Shown here: piece by piece, positions 59,707-60,488 of the stretch
How positions within the stretch are numbered: position 1 is the stretch's first letter
Layout: each line of letters starts with the position of its first letter
Source of the DNA: an uncultured Collinsella sp.
GTDB lineage: Bacteria; Actinomycetota; Coriobacteriia; Coriobacteriales; Coriobacteriaceae
Direction: 5' to 3'
Assembly (NCBI GenBank): GCA_900552705.1
Contig: USAX01000001.1
Span: forward strand, 1 to 60,488
DNA length: 60,488 bases
Notes under the pieces: generated by a model
Told to the model about the DNA's origin: nothing
Database searches by the model: none
What the model saw: only the letters and a program-made list of their open reading frames with translations
Made by a program: the position numbers and the translations under genes

Positions 59707-60361
59707 CAGATGCGGACCGCGCGGTGACCCCACATTCCGCTGGCGCCCACAGGGCTGCCCTCGTTTCCTGACATGTCCCGCGCGGGCCGCGGCGAGCCGA
59801 GACCGCCGCATGACCTAATAGGAGCATGGAGCGATACCGCGGACCCGAACAACCGCATTCTATCGCGCCCCGTCAGTGTGCCGTCTGCCCGGTCCAGGCG
59901 AGCACGGAAAGAACGGAGCGAGACATGAGAACCGAATCGACACCCGGCGCCCGCGGGCCGGTCTTCTGCGGGGTCGACACCCACGCCGACTCGCACTGGC
60001 TGTGCGTCCTCGACTGGAGGGGCCGCAAGGTCCTGTCCCGCCAGTTCCCCGCCGACGCGGCGGGCTACGAGGCGCTCGCCGGGGCGATCGCGGCGGCCGG
60101 GGAGCCGGCCTGCGTCGCGATGGAGGGGACGTCGTCCTACGGGGCGGGCCTCACCAGGCACCTCGCGTCGCTGGGGATGCCCGTGCGCGAGGCGCTCTCC
60201 CCGGCGAGGATGCAGAGGAGGCGCCCGGGGCAGGGAAAGTGCGACGAGGCGGACGCGGAGAGGGCCGCCCGCGCGGCGATGTCCGGCTCGAAGCTCGGGA
60301 CCCCCAAGAGCCAGGACGGGTGGGTCGACGGGGTGCGCTGCATGCTCGCGGCGCGCTCCGG
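59707..60361 (+). mobile_element. IS110-family element, 3'-truncated (left non-coding region plus RuvC-like DEDD domain)
   Basis: ORF from ATG 59925: GVDTHAD, AMEGTSSYG and GKCDEADA. Left boundary is approximate. Confidence 0.85.
59925..60361 (+). pseudogene. IS110 transposase/recombinase N-terminal fragment
   Basis: DEDD residues present; similarity ends at about 60361. The frame has no stop before the window edge, so the ORF track omits it. Confidence 0.8.
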
Positions 60362-60488
60362 TGTTAGCGCTACTGTAAAAACAACCATTTTGACCAACGC
60401 TCAACAACCAATCATGCCAACGCAATCCCGCCATTTGCGCCAACGCATTTTCACCATTTCCACCAACGCCGGGGCTTACGCTTCGATC
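60362..60488. mobile_element. IS21-family-like terminal sequence
   Basis: Starts TGTTAGCG; four CCA-N6-CCAACGC repeats at an exact 23-bp period (60385, 60408, 60431, 60454). Confidence 0.6.

Noticed and set aside
60385..60469. CRISPR array
   Set aside because: A 23-bp period is too short for repeat plus spacer, the units are degenerate, and there are no cas genes.

Overview
High-GC actinobacterial chromosome segment; gene content and codon style suggest Coriobacteriia, probably Collinsella (inference). In order: the end of an Ech [NiFe]-hydrogenase operon whose echA tail runs in frame into echB; an LnrJK/LnrLMN-like two-component/ABC-exporter module; a LolD/FtsX-type ABC pair; a DUF362 Fe-S protein; an alpha/beta hydrolase; a Mg2+/envelope cluster (HlyIII, CorC/CNNM, a stand-alone cyanophycin-synthetase N-domain protein, YtxH, PRC-barrel, a degenerate polysaccharide deacetylase, an MgtE-like protein, an NRMT-type Nramp); oatA; rbsK with a nonsense-interrupted nucleoside hydrolase; a LacI-linked isomerase/split-transketolase/FGGY-kinase operon; luxS; DUF4867; an AAA ATPase bracketed by a 60-bp duplication; a BglG/PTS/GH3/GH43/GH35-like/GH1 glycoside locus; a three-gene signalling module; a Zn-ribbon/SPFH (ydjG/ydjI-like) operon; DUF1593; and an IS110 fragment cut by an IS21-like end. 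Best candidate for an undescribed system: a Mg2+-uptake operon with a 10-codon Pro/Arg leader ORF (no recognisable M-box) ahead of a pore-degenerate MgtE paired with an NRMT transporter. A family of GGGAC-tagged palindromic repeats marks many module borders. No rRNA, tRNA or CRISPR array was seen. All family calls come from motif recognition by eye, without database searches.
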